In this document: piece by piece, positions 39,522-53,639 of the stretch
How positions within the stretch are numbered: the first letter of the stretch is position 1
Layout of the letters: every line of letters starts with the position of its first letter
Assembly: GCF_006345805.1 (NCBI RefSeq)
Contig: NC_043000.1
Location: 12,400,001-12,464,000, forward strand
DNA length: 64,000 bases
Reading direction: 5' to 3'
Origin: Octopus sinensis
Lineage: Eukaryota
Notes under the pieces: generated by a model
The model's database searches: none
Told to the model about the DNA's origin: nothing
The model's input: the letters and a program-made list of their open reading frames with translations, nothing else
Made by a program: the position numbers and the translations under genes

Positions 39522-40289
39522 CTGTCAGGGACAAGAATGGTGAAAAAAAAACTTCAGTATTTGATTGACAGCCATATAAACACAAAGACCAAACCCCCCC
39601 GGTGTTGATCCCCACCCCTATAACCCATCTCCCCTGACCTCTCCACTCCCACTCTGTTCCATAACTCTGTTTGTTCCTCATTAAGTCGATGGTTGCAGAA
39701 ATTCCAAACTTTGGAACAGGACCATGAACTAGTAGAAGAGCGGCACAAATCAATTTACTAGATCTCAGTAACAGACAAGAAACCATTACATCAATTCTAG
39801 AAGGATCCGAGGCTAAGACTGAGGCAACCTCAGCAGGATTTGGGATGAGACCATGAAATATGACATAACTAAATACTCCAAGATTGTCAGACAAGCACTC
39901 TCAAACTTCTGCCTCTTGACATCATCATCATCATCATGGTGATGGCGATGGTGGTCAAGATGATGATGATTGTATCTAACTTAGGAACAAAGGCATGTTT
40001 GATTTAAGAACAAAGGCATGTTTGATTTAATTAACCCAAGTATTTGTTTGGTACTTATTTCATCACATCGGAAAGGATGAAAGGCTAAGTCAACCTTGAC
40101 AGGATTTGAACACTGAAGTATCTCCAATGTTCAACTGGTACTATATTTTGTTGGTCCCCCAAAAGGATGAAAGGCAAGGTTCATTTTGGTGGGATTTGAA
40201 CTCAGAACATTAAGCGCTAGATGAAATGCCACTCAGTATTTTATTCAATGCTCTAACAATTCTGTCAAACTTGCTGCCTTAATCTATCC

Positions 40290-40345
<56 letters not shown>

Positions 40346-41041
40346 TTTAAGGCACAAGGCCTGAAATTTGGCATGAGGACACTGGTTGATTACATCAACC
40401 CCAGTGTTTCACTGGTACTTAATGTATTGATCCTGAAAGGATGAAAGGTGAAGTCGACCTCAGCGATATTTGAACTCAGAATGTAGTGGCAGATGAAATA
40501 CCACTAAGCATTTCATTCAGCCTTAATAATAATTCTTTCTATCAAAGGCACAAGGCCTGAAATTTTTAGAGGAGGGTACTAGTTGATTACATCCACCCCA
40601 GTGTCTCGCTGATACTTAATTTATCGATCCCAAAAGGATGAAAAGCAAAGTTGACCTCAGCGGAATAATAATAATAATAATAATAATAATGCATAGGGTC
40701 AGCAATTTTTGGACCCCAGTACTCAACCTGTACTTATTTTATCAATCCCAAAAAGATGGAAGACTAAGTCAACTTCAGCAGAACTTGAACTTAAAATGTA
40801 AAGAGCTGGAAAAATGTTGCAAGGTATTTTTTCTGATGCTCAAACAATTCTGCCAGCTCACTGCCTTAATAATAATGATGGTAGTAGTAATAGTAATAGT
40901 AGTAGTAGCTGAATTAGTAGCAATAAGGATAGGAACAACGTTAACAATAACAGATGAAAGACAAAAGAACAGAGAACAACTAAAAAGAAAGTCTTGTAGG
41001 TTAGGCTGAAGGAAAGAGGTGTTTAGTAATTTGAGAGAGAG

Positions 41042-41075
<34 letters not shown>

Positions 41076-41898
41076 AGTAGTAAGTCATGAGTGTCTTGGC
41101 TCAGCGGTTGAGCTATATTCCTGGAAATGTGAGTGAGTGTCTGTGAAGAAAAAAGCAAAAAAAAAAAAAAAAACAAGTCCAAGAAGAAGCAGGGGGTCCT
41201 GTAAAAATGAAAGCAGAAAGTGGATATTGTTCAGTGATGCAGCATTGCACAAAAGTAAAAAGCAAGATAGACCAGCTGTAAAGAGATGCAACGGTATGTA
41301 AGGAAGCCGTACAGTTAAGAGAGGGATCCAAATGGGTAATGAAGGCATGCAAAGGAAACAGATGCAGTTGTGTATGGAATAGACATGTGATATCCTGAGA
41401 TTTGAAATACATCTGTAGTCACTAAGTGCAGATAATGTTTCTGTTATTTTATGGCTGCATGTTGTGCAAGTAGATGTGAGGATCTTATATCCAGAAATAA
41501 CAGTTAAGGTTGCAACTATGAAGCAGTAGTGATAGTAAAACTTCATGTGTGCATGTGTGTGTGTTTGTGCATGTTGTTCCCTAGAAGACAGTTAATACAA
41601 GGGGGATAATCATTTCTTCAGAATATTTGGTGGGATTAGAAGTTTGAATTTGGAATAAGAAAATACACAAATATTTATGTCTGTCTGTATGTATACATAC
41701 TAATATCTTACTAAATATATGAAATTCACTCTTCCCACTGCCAACGAACAGCTTATCAAAATCAACAACATTCTCGCCTCATAAGAAATTCTTTGAACAA
41801 CTGCACAAACAGAACCCAATAATCCAGATTAAGAATTAAAGAATCAACCAGCTTCTATTACTGAATAAAACCCAATCCTTGGATATATATATATGTAT

Positions 41899-42030
41899 GA
41901 TTTATACACACATGCATATATATAGTATTAATTTATACACACATACATATATATAGTATTAATTTATACACACATACATATATATAGTATTAATTTATAC
42001 ACACATACATATATATATATATAGTATTAA
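41899..42030. repeat. 29-bp minisatellite, ~3.5 copies
   Basis: atatatagtattaatttatacacacatac repeated. Confidence 0.85.
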
Positions 42031-43297
42031 TAAAATACAGAAAACATATATGGCATTTTAAATTTTATACCAAATATGTTTTCTGATTAATAATTATTAG
42101 TGGCAGAAGCAGCAATAATACCAAAAGGTAATATTTATCCCCACTATGAATCATACTTAGTGTATATACACTGTTGATAGGCCAGTTACTGTGGCATTTG
42201 TCCTGAGATAAGTACATTAATTAAAGCAGACCAGCCTTCACTTGTTTTGTCAGAAATGAAAAGATGCCCCAGCAGGGGCCAGCAAGAGTACCAGATGCAG
42301 TTTGGCTTTTGTGCAGATTGTGCAGAGCAGAAATACCTTTACCTATGAAAGCCAAACTGAGAATCAAGTGCTTAAATACTAGATAGTACAGATGTAAAGC
42401 TCTGTTATCTTTCTTTTATTTAACTCCTGTCATTTTTACTCTTAAGAAAGTCTGTCCAAAATGTTTGATACTCCACACACAATGACAATTTCACTATACA
42501 TTTTCCAATACTTAATCAAACTACAGTGGAAAAGGCTAGCCACTGGATTTGGTTAAAAAAAGACGATGAGTGATGGCTAGAAGAATATTGAGCTTTATTT
42601 AATAACCAGTTGATCTAGCAAGTGGGGCCTCATATCAGTGAGGGGGACCGGTGCACATTGATGCCATCAAGAGGTAGACCCTGAAACGGCGCGCATTCTC
42701 TCCTGATGACCCCATACACTTGCTGGCTTCCGGTATGTGGAGGTTTTCACTGGTAGCACTTGCATGTGCAAGTTATTTGCAAAACATCACACAATAACAA
42801 TTTCACTATATATTTTCTGCTACTTAATCAAATGCAGGCCTTGCCAAAGCAGACCACCACTCGTTGCCTTGGATAATGTTTTATCTGATATATTTCAGCT
42901 AATGTTGTAACTTTTTTCTGACAAAACAAGTGAAGGCTAGTCTGCTTTAATAAATGTACTTATATAGCTACCAGTATAAGTAGTAGTGGCTTTTCAGGAC
43001 CAAATTGCAACTCTTTCACACTTTTAGGCTCATCCAAGATATTGAAATCTGGAAATTTAGTCTTAATACCTTCAACATACCTAGCTACCAGGTTGTTAAT
43101 AAGTCATGATTGATCGAGATTAAAGAATACATATCACCATCCTCATTCCAGCACTTAACACATTATACTAACTTACTCCTCTAAGACTGAAATGTCTGGT
43201 ATTCACTCTCTACTCCTGCTTTCATTAAATGTCTGATAACATAAGCTCAATTCTGACTTCACAATTCAGTGATTTATAGAAAATGTGTCAATCAGTT

Positions 43298-43590
43298 GTG
43301 GAGGCGCAATGGCCCAGTGGTTAGAGCAGTGGACTCGCAGTCGGAGGATCATGGTTTCGATTCTCAGACTGGGCGTTGTGTGTGTTTTTTGATTGAAAAC
43401 ACCTAAAAGCTTCACAAGGCTCCAGTTGTACTCTTTCGCCACAACTTTCTCTCACTCTCTCTTCCTGTTTCTTGAGTAACGCAGCGATGGACTGGCATCC
43501 CATCCAGCTGGGGAGACTCATACGCCACAGAAACCAGGAAACCAGGCCCATGAGCCTGGCTAGGCTTGAAAAGGGCGAAAGAGAGAGAAG
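43298..43590 (+). mobile_element. tRNA-derived SINE family D
   Basis: tggcccagtggttagagc...ggtttcgattctc head; tcaatcagt duplicated at the flanks. Related copies near 22575, 23795, 32405, 55790 and 56140. Confidence 0.8.
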
Positions 43591-45037
43591 AGTATCAATC
43601 AGTGAAATCAACTAATTTAAGTAACATGCGAATTTCCAAATTTGCAGAAGCTCTCTAACTCATCCATGCTGGCATGGAATAAAAAGGAATGTGAAACATC
43701 AAAAAAGATATATTTTTCAAAATATACAAAAACCTTCAAAGATATATATTAAAGAATGTTGTATTAACTGTAATTGGAATGGAGAAAGAATATTCTGATT
43801 ATAAGATTGGTGAGATTTAGGTGAATATTTTGAGAGCAAAGTTCATAATGTGAAACCTTCATTAGCAAATTTCTTCATAAAAACAGGCAATATATAACAA
43901 GTAATACATGAGAAAGATATAAGTCATGTACATGCAATATTGCAAGCAACAAGAAAGAAAGATATGGGAAACATACAGGCAATATTGCAAGCAACATGCA
44001 GGCAATATAACAGGCAATAGAGCAAGTCACAAGTAAAATTAAATAGTGGAAAAAATATCAAGGCAGAAATTTAAATACAAAGTAAACATAGAACAAGGTT
44101 TTTCTATTCAATTAGTTTTGTCTCTATCTCTAGGTACAAAAGAGTTTAAAACAGAATATGTACCTCCAGGTACACAAGAGTTTCACATTACACGACCTAC
44201 CAGAATTACAATCTGTTTTATACTTCCTGGAACAGAAGAGTTACAATATTGTTTCTGTGAATACAAAAGTTGCTGTATAGTCTTGTACTACATAATTACC
44301 AAGAGTTACACAGAATCTGTTTGTAACTCTTTGAAGACAATAGTTAATGGTAAGAAAAATGCTCAAGTTCTTTCCTTGCTGTTGATACAGTGATCAAAGG
44401 ATGTGATTTGATACAAAGACTTATTGTAATCAATACTATAGGCCACCAAGAACTGATGTTCAACAATTGAACTATGATCAGGTGTAAGAGAGTAAAATGC
44501 CAACTACAAGAGAAAGGGCAGACAAAAATAAAAAGAAAGTACAAATTTTAACACCAAAAGCGAAAAGGTGAACTGACAACTTAAATAATTTTCCTTCACC
44601 TGATTATTGGTGGTGATGTTGTTAGTGGTGGTGAGAATGGAGAAAGAATAACCCACACACTCTATCTCTATTAAAGAATTTGATACCCAAAACTTACATA
44701 AACAGTGAAGAACATTTAGTGAGAGAGAAATTGCTTAACCAATTCTGAAGACAAATACAGTCTATGACAGAAAGAGAGTTTAATTCACTGGAAAACATCT
44801 TTGATTAATCCTCACTGCATAGGAACCAAGTATTCTCTTGGTTTTTATGCATGTGTACATAAATCATGGGAACTGAGTCAACTTATCTTTGATAGTGGGG
44901 AACTTTCTGAAATTCTCCATATTTCATATGACAGACTACACATTTTATTTTATAAATAATAAAAAGAAGTTTCAAGAACCGATTTGCATATATTACCACA
45001 TTACATCACCAGCAAAAATTTAATCAGCACAGTGAGG

Positions 45038-45341
45038 TGTAGCAAGTAGCCATTTTCAAATAGTAGCGCCAATTTGTGGTAGCTGGCAATATGACATAAT
45101 GTCGTATTGCCGAAGAAATATGATTGTCGTTTTCCCATTAGTTGAAATAACTGCTCATATAGGAATTCTGAAAATTAGTTAAAGAATATTTTTATGTGAT
45201 TTCGATTCTTTAAAGTCAAGTTGAGTAGTTATATCAACCAATGGGAAAACAACAATCATATTTCTTTGGCAATATGACATTACGTCATATTGCCAGCTAC
45301 CACAAATTGGCGCTACCATTTGAAAATGGCTACACGCTACA
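45038..45341. mobile_element. Long-TIR MITE with TGT...ACA termini and 4-bp TSD (Ginger-like)
   Basis: 119-bp inverted arms (45038-45156 / 45223-45341); GAGG at 45034-45037 and 45342-45345. Confidence 0.75.
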
Positions 45342-46520
45342 GAGGATTGAGCAGGATTTCATTAAAACTCCATGGGAATGCATATTCAAAGAAGCTTACG
45401 AAACTAAAGCTTTGACAAGGAGAAACTGTATATTATCAAAGGGTTGACAACAAATATAATTTTGACAAAGGAAAATGATTAAAAATACTGAAAGACAAGC
45501 TACAAATACTGCAGATATTTATACAGCTTATGAGGTTACCCAAGGAAAATAATTTGGTTGGGGGTTTTTGAGAAAATATTCAAGACTACCATCATAACTT
45601 CTTTAAAATGAAACCATATTTTAGAAGATACCTATATTATAAACCATTGAAGATGATGATTGTAGTATGATAAAAATAAGCCTGTTGTATGCAGTGCTCA
45701 GGTGCATTGTAATGTATTAGTTTTAAGTAGAAAGTGAATGTGATTTATACAATGATTGAACAATTTTCATAACTGAATGTACTTCCTGGTGCTAACCACA
45801 TATCCATTGACTGTAAAGAGGATGATTTATCAGTAATATTGAGGTAAATGAAGCCACGTATTTTGACTAGAGGCCTGACAAAAACGATGTGAAAAAAACA
45901 ATCGTGGCCTTTGCAGGATCTCTCTGATTGTTGAGTCTGATGTAGTCGATGAAAGGAAGCAGGGAGGGAATTTCAAAGTGCTGCACTCTGAGAAGAAAGG
46001 GCCAGGTGAAGTGTGACTATAATAAAGTTAGAATACTTGATGAATGTAATCAATAGTCTAGCAGTGAAACCTCACAACCACAGCGTCCCCTTCCTAAAAA
46101 TAAATTAGAACAGTTGCTGCTTAGTGTATTGTGGCTACAGCTAAATAAAGACATGAAGTTATTTAAATCACATGTTACCTAATACTGAGTGGTATCAGTT
46201 CAGTTAATCACAGGTGTTAACTTACAGTAGCCAAGATACAACGAAGGTAGTCATTTAGTGTTGAACTGTGGTATGTGGGACTAGTTTCTTGCATTATTAA
46301 CCTTGACTACAAAATTACAGGCCTAGCATATATAAACCGGGCCTGAAACTTGAGATCAAAAATGAAATAACTTCTAGCACTTGGCTTTTTTATGTTGGTG
46401 CCGTGCAGAAAAGCACCCATGCTGGTTACAAGTAGAAAAGCATCCGTGCTTGTGCGATGTAAATTATTTAACAATTTTCAAAATATAATTCCTAATGATA
46501 TTTAATTATCTAAATATAAT

Positions 46521-46860
46521 AGGATATAAACAATACCGAACATGCATACGCAAGATATGCATTTTGCCAGTTTGTGGGCAGGCTGCGATTTATAGGCGTA
46601 AGAGAATATATTCTCATCAATTCACCTGGTGTTAAAACACTTAGAAGTCATAGACAAGTGAAATAACTTGCATCAGGTCTCGTTACATGAGCAGCAGACA
46701 TAATTATTTTGTCATTCTTGTGCTTTTCTATGGCTTCCAGATGTGTTAACATCAGGCAAATTGATGAGAATATATTCTTTTATGCCTATAAATCGCAGCC
46801 TGCCCATGAAATGGCAAAACACATAACTTACATAAGTGTGTTTGATATTGTTTATATCCT
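46521..46860. mobile_element. Foldback MITE with ~138-bp inverted arms
   Basis: 46521-46658 is inverted to 46723-46860; no clear TSD. Confidence 0.7.
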
Positions 46861-47525
46861 TCAGGCTGCTTCTCATTCATATCTGAATAATAGAATGTAT
46901 TAAAACATCAAATAGCTATGAAGATCAATCTGATTGAAACAGAAATCAAAAGGGGATCCTTAGGTAAAAAGGGGCTGAGAACCACCCCTATAGAGTAGCT
47001 CAATGGTATGTTACTGTTAGATATACTATCCTGGGGTTCAGTTCTGAAATATAGTGTTACAGCTATCTTACCTATGTTCAGGACCTTTCTTATACAATGT
47101 AATCCTATTTGCTATAAACATGATAAATCAAAGCAATACAGAAGTAGAAGTAGTAGTAGTCATAGTAACAATAACCCACCAAGTGAAACAAACAAAATGA
47201 TTTTAGTAGTAGCTTTATTAATGATAGCGTTGTTGATATAAAATAAAGAGAAATTATTTGAATTCATGCTGTATAAAACTGAAGAGAGAGTATTTCAAGA
47301 TAGAAGTTAATGTACCAGTAATTGTAGAGGAAACAGAAGAAGTAATAATATGTTCATAATAAACAGGAACCATACATTCATCTATCTATCTATCTGTCTA
47401 TCTATCTATATCTATATCTATGTATATATATATATATTTGATATATAAATATAAATATATAGATATATATAGATACACATCTGTACATATACACATACAC
47501 ACATGCTCTTTAGATCTTGTTGGAG

Positions 47526-47563
<38 letters not shown>

Positions 47564-47738
47564 GGAAAAGATTGACACTAACTTTGAAGTCACTGTCAAC
47601 TCTTTCCTAAATTTGAAAATCCACTTAAAATGTATTGCGTCATCATTTAGTTAATGTTTGACACTCTTGATATATAACTATCTAAAAAATGGTACCTACA
47701 CACACACACATTTATACAGGCGTATTTATATATAATAT

Positions 47739-47802
<64 letters not shown>

Positions 47803-48191
47803 CATACGTACATACACACATATACGTATAATCATATATATTCATATATTCTGCAAGAGTGCTGGATGTAGTCAGATGGTTACTGGGGCTAGGGTTTTTC
47901 TATGAATAAGGCACACATTACTAACGATGCAGCAAATGTAAAGCCAGTCTTGGTATAGAGTGACGGAATGTGAACAAGAGAATGATGACGACGACGAGGA
48001 AGAGATGTTGAAGAAGAACATGAGCAAGAAGAGATGAAGAGGAAGGAGAAAAAAAACACAGGAAAGAAGGAAGAATGTTTTTAAATAAAAATAATAAAAA
48101 AATAACAATCAACACAAACAAAAAAAAACTTCACAAAATCAAAATGCAGGTAGCCAGAGCAATGGTTGTCTAGACGGACTGCAATCCTTAC

Positions 48192-48485
48192 CTACAGGAA
48201 CATGCATGGTATTGCGATTCTCAGGACTGGGTGGTTTGAACCGTGGAGGTGGCGGGTCTGAAGGCGTACGATAGTGACCCAAGAAAGAGGCATTGGGCTC
48301 GGACCAGTTCCTTGTATGGCCAGATGTTGGCGGTGGAACAGGGGCTGGTGGCTTCTTTTTGGGCGGCAGTGGAGGCAGACTTGGTCCGCCTGCACCGCTG
48401 TGATTATAGTTGTAGGAAGTGGTGTGCAGCAAGGTTCCGTTGGTCTGTGAAGGTGCCGCTCCACTGATGCTATAGTGATTCAAAC
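48192..48485 (-). CDS. ASAP1: ASAP-family ArfGAP, Pro-rich exon (294 nt, phase 1 to 1): (G)LNHYSISGAAP...PSLPPLPPKKKPPAPVPPPTSGHTRNWSEP...GHYRTPSDPPPP...TMHVPV
   Basis: Acceptor tttgcatcag| at 48488-48486 and donor GTAG|gtaagg at 48191; open frame. KKKPP..PPP..GH.R..S[ED]PP recalls vertebrate ASAP1 KKRPPPPPPGHKRTLSDPP (from memory). Most upstream exon I can find. Confidence 0.9.
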
Positions 48486-49447
48486 CTGATGCAAATAATG
48501 CTGATGAGGCAAAATAAACAACATGTCAATACAAAGAAACTTGCTTTGAGAGAGCAAATTGAGGAGATAGATAGAGGGAAGCGAGAGAGAGAGAGAGAGA
48601 GAAAAAGGGATAAGGCAGGGAGGGAGGGGGGAGATGGAGAGTGAAGGAGGGAGGGAGAAAGAAAGGGAGACGGGTAGGGACAGAGAAGGAACAATGAAAT
48701 AAAAAGAGGAGGAGGAGGAGGAGAAAAGAAAGATTGTATAATGAAAGAAAGGGAAGAGAAAAATACATGGGGAAACACACACACACACACATACACACAG
48801 ATTCACCTGAATATTTGCATATATACCTTAATTTTGCACTGCTGCAATCATCAGGCAATTTTATTACTTGATGGCAGTTGCAATGTGAGATGCAGAAAAG
48901 CAATCCGTGAAGACACAACTTTAAATATGTATTATTTTCACTTTACCAAGCTGTACAGAGTACTACCCGTGTTCAGGTGTAAAATAATTGTAAACACCAA
49001 AACAGGATTTTATCAGGGATTGATGATGGCAGTAAGTGACGAAACTTGTTTTTATTAGTGACTGAGCTGACTGAGCTTAATTCATTAAATTCCAAGTTGT
49101 AAACAACCTAAACTTTTACGAATAAACAACATATTGAAATGTCATTAACAATTTTGTCTTTGGTGCCTTTTCATTGACAGATCACTGCTAATATAGGTAG
49201 TTTTATCTGGTAACTAGTGAGTGGTCTGGAGTAATTCTATTACTTAAATGTATACACTAATATATAAGCACTTACATGTATGTTCCTTTTTTAAAAATTG
49301 GTTACATATACAAAACAGACCATTTGAATTATCCATACAGCTGAAACCTATGCAATAATAGATGAAGAGTTGACATTATATTGTGTAATAAACACTGTCT
49401 ATTCTACAACACTACTGAGTTCTCTGTGTATTTTTTTTTTCATGTTA

Positions 49448-50195
49448 GGCATAGGAGTGGCTGTGTGGTAAGTAGCTTGCTTATGAACCACATGGTTCAG
49501 TCCCACTTGGACAAGTATCTTTTACTATAGCCTCGGGTCGTCCAAAGCCTTGTGAGTGGATTTGGTAGACGGAGACTGAAAGAAGCCCGTCAGATATATG
49601 TATATATGTGTGTGTCTGTGTTTGTCTCTCCAACATCGCTTGACAACCGATGCTGGTGTGTTTACATCCCCGTAACTTAGCGGTTCGGCAAAAGAGAACG
49701 ATAGAATAAGTACTAGGCTTCCAAAGAATAAGTCCTGGGGTCGATTTGCTTGACTAAAGGCAGTGCTCCAGCATGGCCACAGTCAAATGACTGAAACACT
49801 GATAAATATTATAGTGTGTATGTGTGTGTGTGTGTATACAAGCATAGCTGTGTGGTTAAGAAGCTTGCTTTGCAACCAAATGGTTTCAAGTCCAGCCCCA
49901 TTGAGTGGCACCTTGGGTGAGTGTCCTCTACTATAGCCTGGACCAACCAATGCTTTGTGAGCAAATTTGGTGGACACAAACTGTGTGGAACCGTTTGTGT
50001 GTATGTGTGTCTTTGTGTTTTTCCCTCACCATTGCTTTACAACCAGCATTGGGTTTTTTTATATCCCTGTAACTTAGCAGTTTGGCATAGAAACTGATGG
50101 AATCAGTACCAGACCTAAAAAGTAAGTACTGGGGTTGATTTGTCTAATTAAAACCCTTCAAGACAGTGCCCCAACATGGCCACAGTATAATGAGA
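49448..50195 (+). mobile_element. Two tandem SINE family A copies (49448-49797 and diverged 49841-50195)
   Basis: Family head and 3' motifs each occur twice. Further partial or diverged copies at about 6771-7032, 9757-9910, 15380-15530, 22125-22300, 33700-33990 (minus), 51365-51635, 58440-58560 and 61760-61910. Confidence 0.75.
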
Positions 50196-50619
50196 GAAAT
50201 AAAAGATCTATCTATCTTTTTTATTTTTTAAATTTTTTCTTTCTTTTTTACGATCCCTTTCGATCGAAAACCTACCCCACTTTTTTTTTTCTCCCCGCCA
50301 AAAAAAGCTCTTTGTAATTTGTCCCATATGTGTTCAGCCCTGTGTGGCTAATAAAGAAACATATCTATCTATCTATCTATCTATCTATCTACACACACAC
50401 ACACACACATATATATATATCATCATCACCATTTTAGCATCCACTTTTCTATGTTTACATGGATCAGATGCAATTTGTTGAAACAGATTTTCTACACCTG
50501 GATGCCCTTCCCGTTGCTAACCCTCATTTGGTCCCAAACAAAATAATATTTCCTCATGGAATACGTTTAACTTAATAGCACCACCCGGAACAGTCTTTTA
50601 AGGCAGGTGTTAGGACATC

Positions 50620-50780
50620 ACTGCCCACTCAAATAAGGAGGTGTTTGCCAAGATGTATACAGGTTTTGGTGGTTTATCTGCTATTTCTAGGAGGAATTTG
50701 TCCAGGTAACATTCAAATGTTATAGGATCGTGTGTACTCATGCATGATGAAGCACGCAAAGAAAGAGAAGAAAAATATTT
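50620..50780 (-). mobile_element. CR1/L2-group LINE ORF2 C-terminal remnant
   Basis: THDPITFECYLDKFLLEIADKPPKPVYILANTSLFEW resembles the F...LDKFL..IPD.P...Y....NSL..W end motif. Confidence 0.55.
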
Positions 50781-50989
50781 GAAATGATAAGGTGGTTTTT
50801 GAGAGGATATGATAAAAGATATGAGAAAAGAGCTTGAAGTGGATAAGAGAGTGAGAGGGAGGGAGGGAGAGATAGGAGAGAGAGAAAGAGGGAGGGAGAG
50901 AGAGAGGGAGAAAGGGATGGTAAAAGAAGTGAGTGAAAGAAGAGGTATATGCAGCAAGTAAGACCTGAAGTTGTGATGAGTATTTTAAG

Positions 50990-51350
50990 ATATTCATTGA
51001 TGATTAACTCATTTGTAACGCAGCATTTGAGTAACATATCTGTAACCCATATGAGGCATGTGATATACATAAGTTGTGTGGCACATCTGTAACACAAGAG
51101 TCAAGTGGCAGGTCTTTATTACGACAGCAGTTAAGAGACTGGTTTGTAACATAAGAGTTTTAGTGACGTGCCTGTAACAGAGAGGTTGAATGACATGCTC
51201 TGTCACACAGGATTTGAGTGACATGTCTCTAAAACATGAAACATGTCAGTAACATGTGTGTTGAGTTAGGTAATGGAGTTTGTAATGCAGGAATTGAGAG
51301 GCATGTCTGTAACATGGTTTAAGTAACATGTTTATAACATCTGGTTATCT
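50990..51350. repeat. Degenerate minisatellite (gagt[ag]acatgtctgtaaca-like units)
   Basis: Repeated acatgtctgtaac-type words. Confidence 0.6.
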
Positions 51351-52128
51351 GACATTTACAGGTGCAGGCATGGCTATGTGGTTAAAAAGTTAGCGTTGTA
51401 ACCACATGGTTTTAGGTTCAATCCCACTGTGTGGTACTTGGGAAAATGTTGTCTGTTTACACTTTGTGAGTGAATTTGGTAGATAGAAATAATGAGAAAG
51501 TTTATTGCATATATATATGTGAGTGTGTGTGTTCACTCCACTGATTGACAATAGGGGTCAGTTTGTTTGCATAAAACCTCTTCAAGGCAATGCCCCAGCA
51601 TGGCAGCAGTCCAATGACTAAGACAAGTAAAAGGTAACACACCTGTGCTAAGTGACCTGTCTCAGTTACAGTGGAATCACTATATAGCTAAATAACAGGT
51701 AAACTTCAATTCATAGAGAATGTGCATGTCATTCAGTACATCAGCATCATATCCCTGATCTCTATACAGATGTAGCAATCTTAAGGTGGCGAGCTGGCAG
51801 AAACGTTAGCACACCAGGCAAAATGCGTAGCTGTATTTCATCTGCCGTTACGTTCTGAGTTCAAATTCTGCTGAAGTCGACTTTGCCTTTCATCCTTCCG
51901 GGATTGATAAATTATGTACCATTAACGCACTGGGGTCGATGTAATCGACTTAATCCCTTTGTCTGTCCTTGTTTGTCCCCTCTGTGTTTAGCCCCTTGCA
52001 GGTAGTAAAGAAATGTATACAGGTGTAGCAATCTAGTTTGTCCCTGAATTTTGCTATGGAAGCTAGGTGAGTCTGTTTCTATTGGATAGATATGACTGGT
52101 TGATTTAGTAATACCAGTTATATATTAA

Positions 52129-52345
52129 CCCTTTGGCATAGAGGTTACTCTGTCAAATATAATGCTTATTTAGTCACATTATTTTGAATTAATCATGCTT
52201 TATCTCTTTAGTTCCACAATTTCAATGATGTGATTGCTTATTTTTAGAATGATAATGTAGGGCAGGTGTGAGAGGCTAAACCTAACCAGTTCTAACAAAA
52301 ACAGGTAAAATATTTGAGTCAGGTTTGGCTGATTTAAATACTAAA
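52129..52345. mobile_element. piggyBac-like MITE of a second family, right end decayed
   Basis: TTAA|CCCTTT left end, different interior; no intact right TIR. Confidence 0.35.
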
Positions 52346-53639
52346 CAATAAAAGAAAATGTACCATATTTGCTGGCATAAAAGACACAGGAGCATACTAG
52401 ATGCATCCCAATTCCAGTAGCGCATCATCATCATCATTTAACATCCATTGTCCATGCTGGCATGGGTTGGACAGTTTGACCAAACCTGGCAAGCTGGAGA
52501 GCTACACCAGGTTCCAGTCTGATTTGGCTTGATCTCTAAGGCTGGATGCCCTTCCTAATGCCAACCAAAGTTGGGTTTTTTTATGTAGTATTGTATAGCA
52601 CTTTTACATGGCACCAGTACAAGTGCTTTTTATGTGGTACTGGCACAAGACTCTTGTAGGCCGGTCCTCTTTACCAGGGGAAGTAGCCTTAACACTTTTG
52701 TTATGGAGTACAGGTTTTCTTGAGTACAGAAGGCATCTCAATACTTTTCCCCCTCATCTGAAAGGTTCAATATCCTAATGTCATCCTAGCATCAGGGACA
52801 AAATGAGCTTATGAAAGGCCCAACTTTGCATAGAGGACCTGGTGGGAGGATCCTATTCTGTAATAACATTCCACAATACCATGATGTGTGCTTCCTGTCC
52901 TTTCTATGTGCCCACCTCTTGCCACTCTCTTTGTTAACTTGCCTCTTCCTGCCCTCTCTGTCAACTGCCTTCCTCTTTTCTATTTATATTCTCCTCCCCC
53001 TCCCATTCTCTGTGTATTTGCCGCTTCACCTCTCTGCATTTACTTTCACTTTCTCGAAATAACAGTCTCTGCATTTAACAGGGTTTCTATATCACTTATA
53101 AAGAAGCAGCAAGAGAGGAATGGGAGAGGGGTGGGGTGGTGATGGGGAAGAGAAACAGAAAAAGAAAAACTGAAAAATAAGGATTACTTAGAAAAACCAA
53201 AAAAAAAAATTTTTAATAATGATAATGATAAATAAAAATATATATACAAAAATGAAAAAAATAAAGAAAATTTCTAAAAAATTCTGTGCTCACTACTAAA
53301 ACTGCATTATTACATTAGTCATATTGTCCAGGTAAATAATGCAGAAATGCACCTGTAAATAATGTGATGATGCACAAAGAAATAACACAGAATCTGTGAA
53401 TATTTGCAGAAAATCATTTCTAATGACATTTAGTAATGCACGAGGACTACAATAACTACAAGAATTCACCTGAAATCTACAGTAATGTATGTGGTGTACA
53501 TATTAAAATTGCATAGATACATATGTGAAACTTTGTGTTCCTGTAAAACAAAAATACTAAGCTATGTACTTGTAAAGTTACATAGATACACATTTATAGC
53601 AGACAGTGGAGAATTTGATGATATATATGATGATATATA

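Noticed and set aside
39478-39894. 138-aa minus-strand ORF
   Set aside because: No recognisable homology; a strong acceptor at 39524-39522 limits the exon to the last 40 nt.
41085-41215. Two acceptor-like sites (ttttacag|GACCCC near 41190; acatttccag|GAATAT near 41121) as extra or terminal exons
   Set aside because: No credible donor, immediate stops or poly-Phe, and no poly(A) evidence; cannot be supported without RNA data.
53000-53480. Pyrimidine/purine-skewed unique stretch with several AG|GT sites (possible exon or recursive splice site)
   Set aside because: No open reading frame ends in the phase 1 required by the next exon, and the donors are weak.
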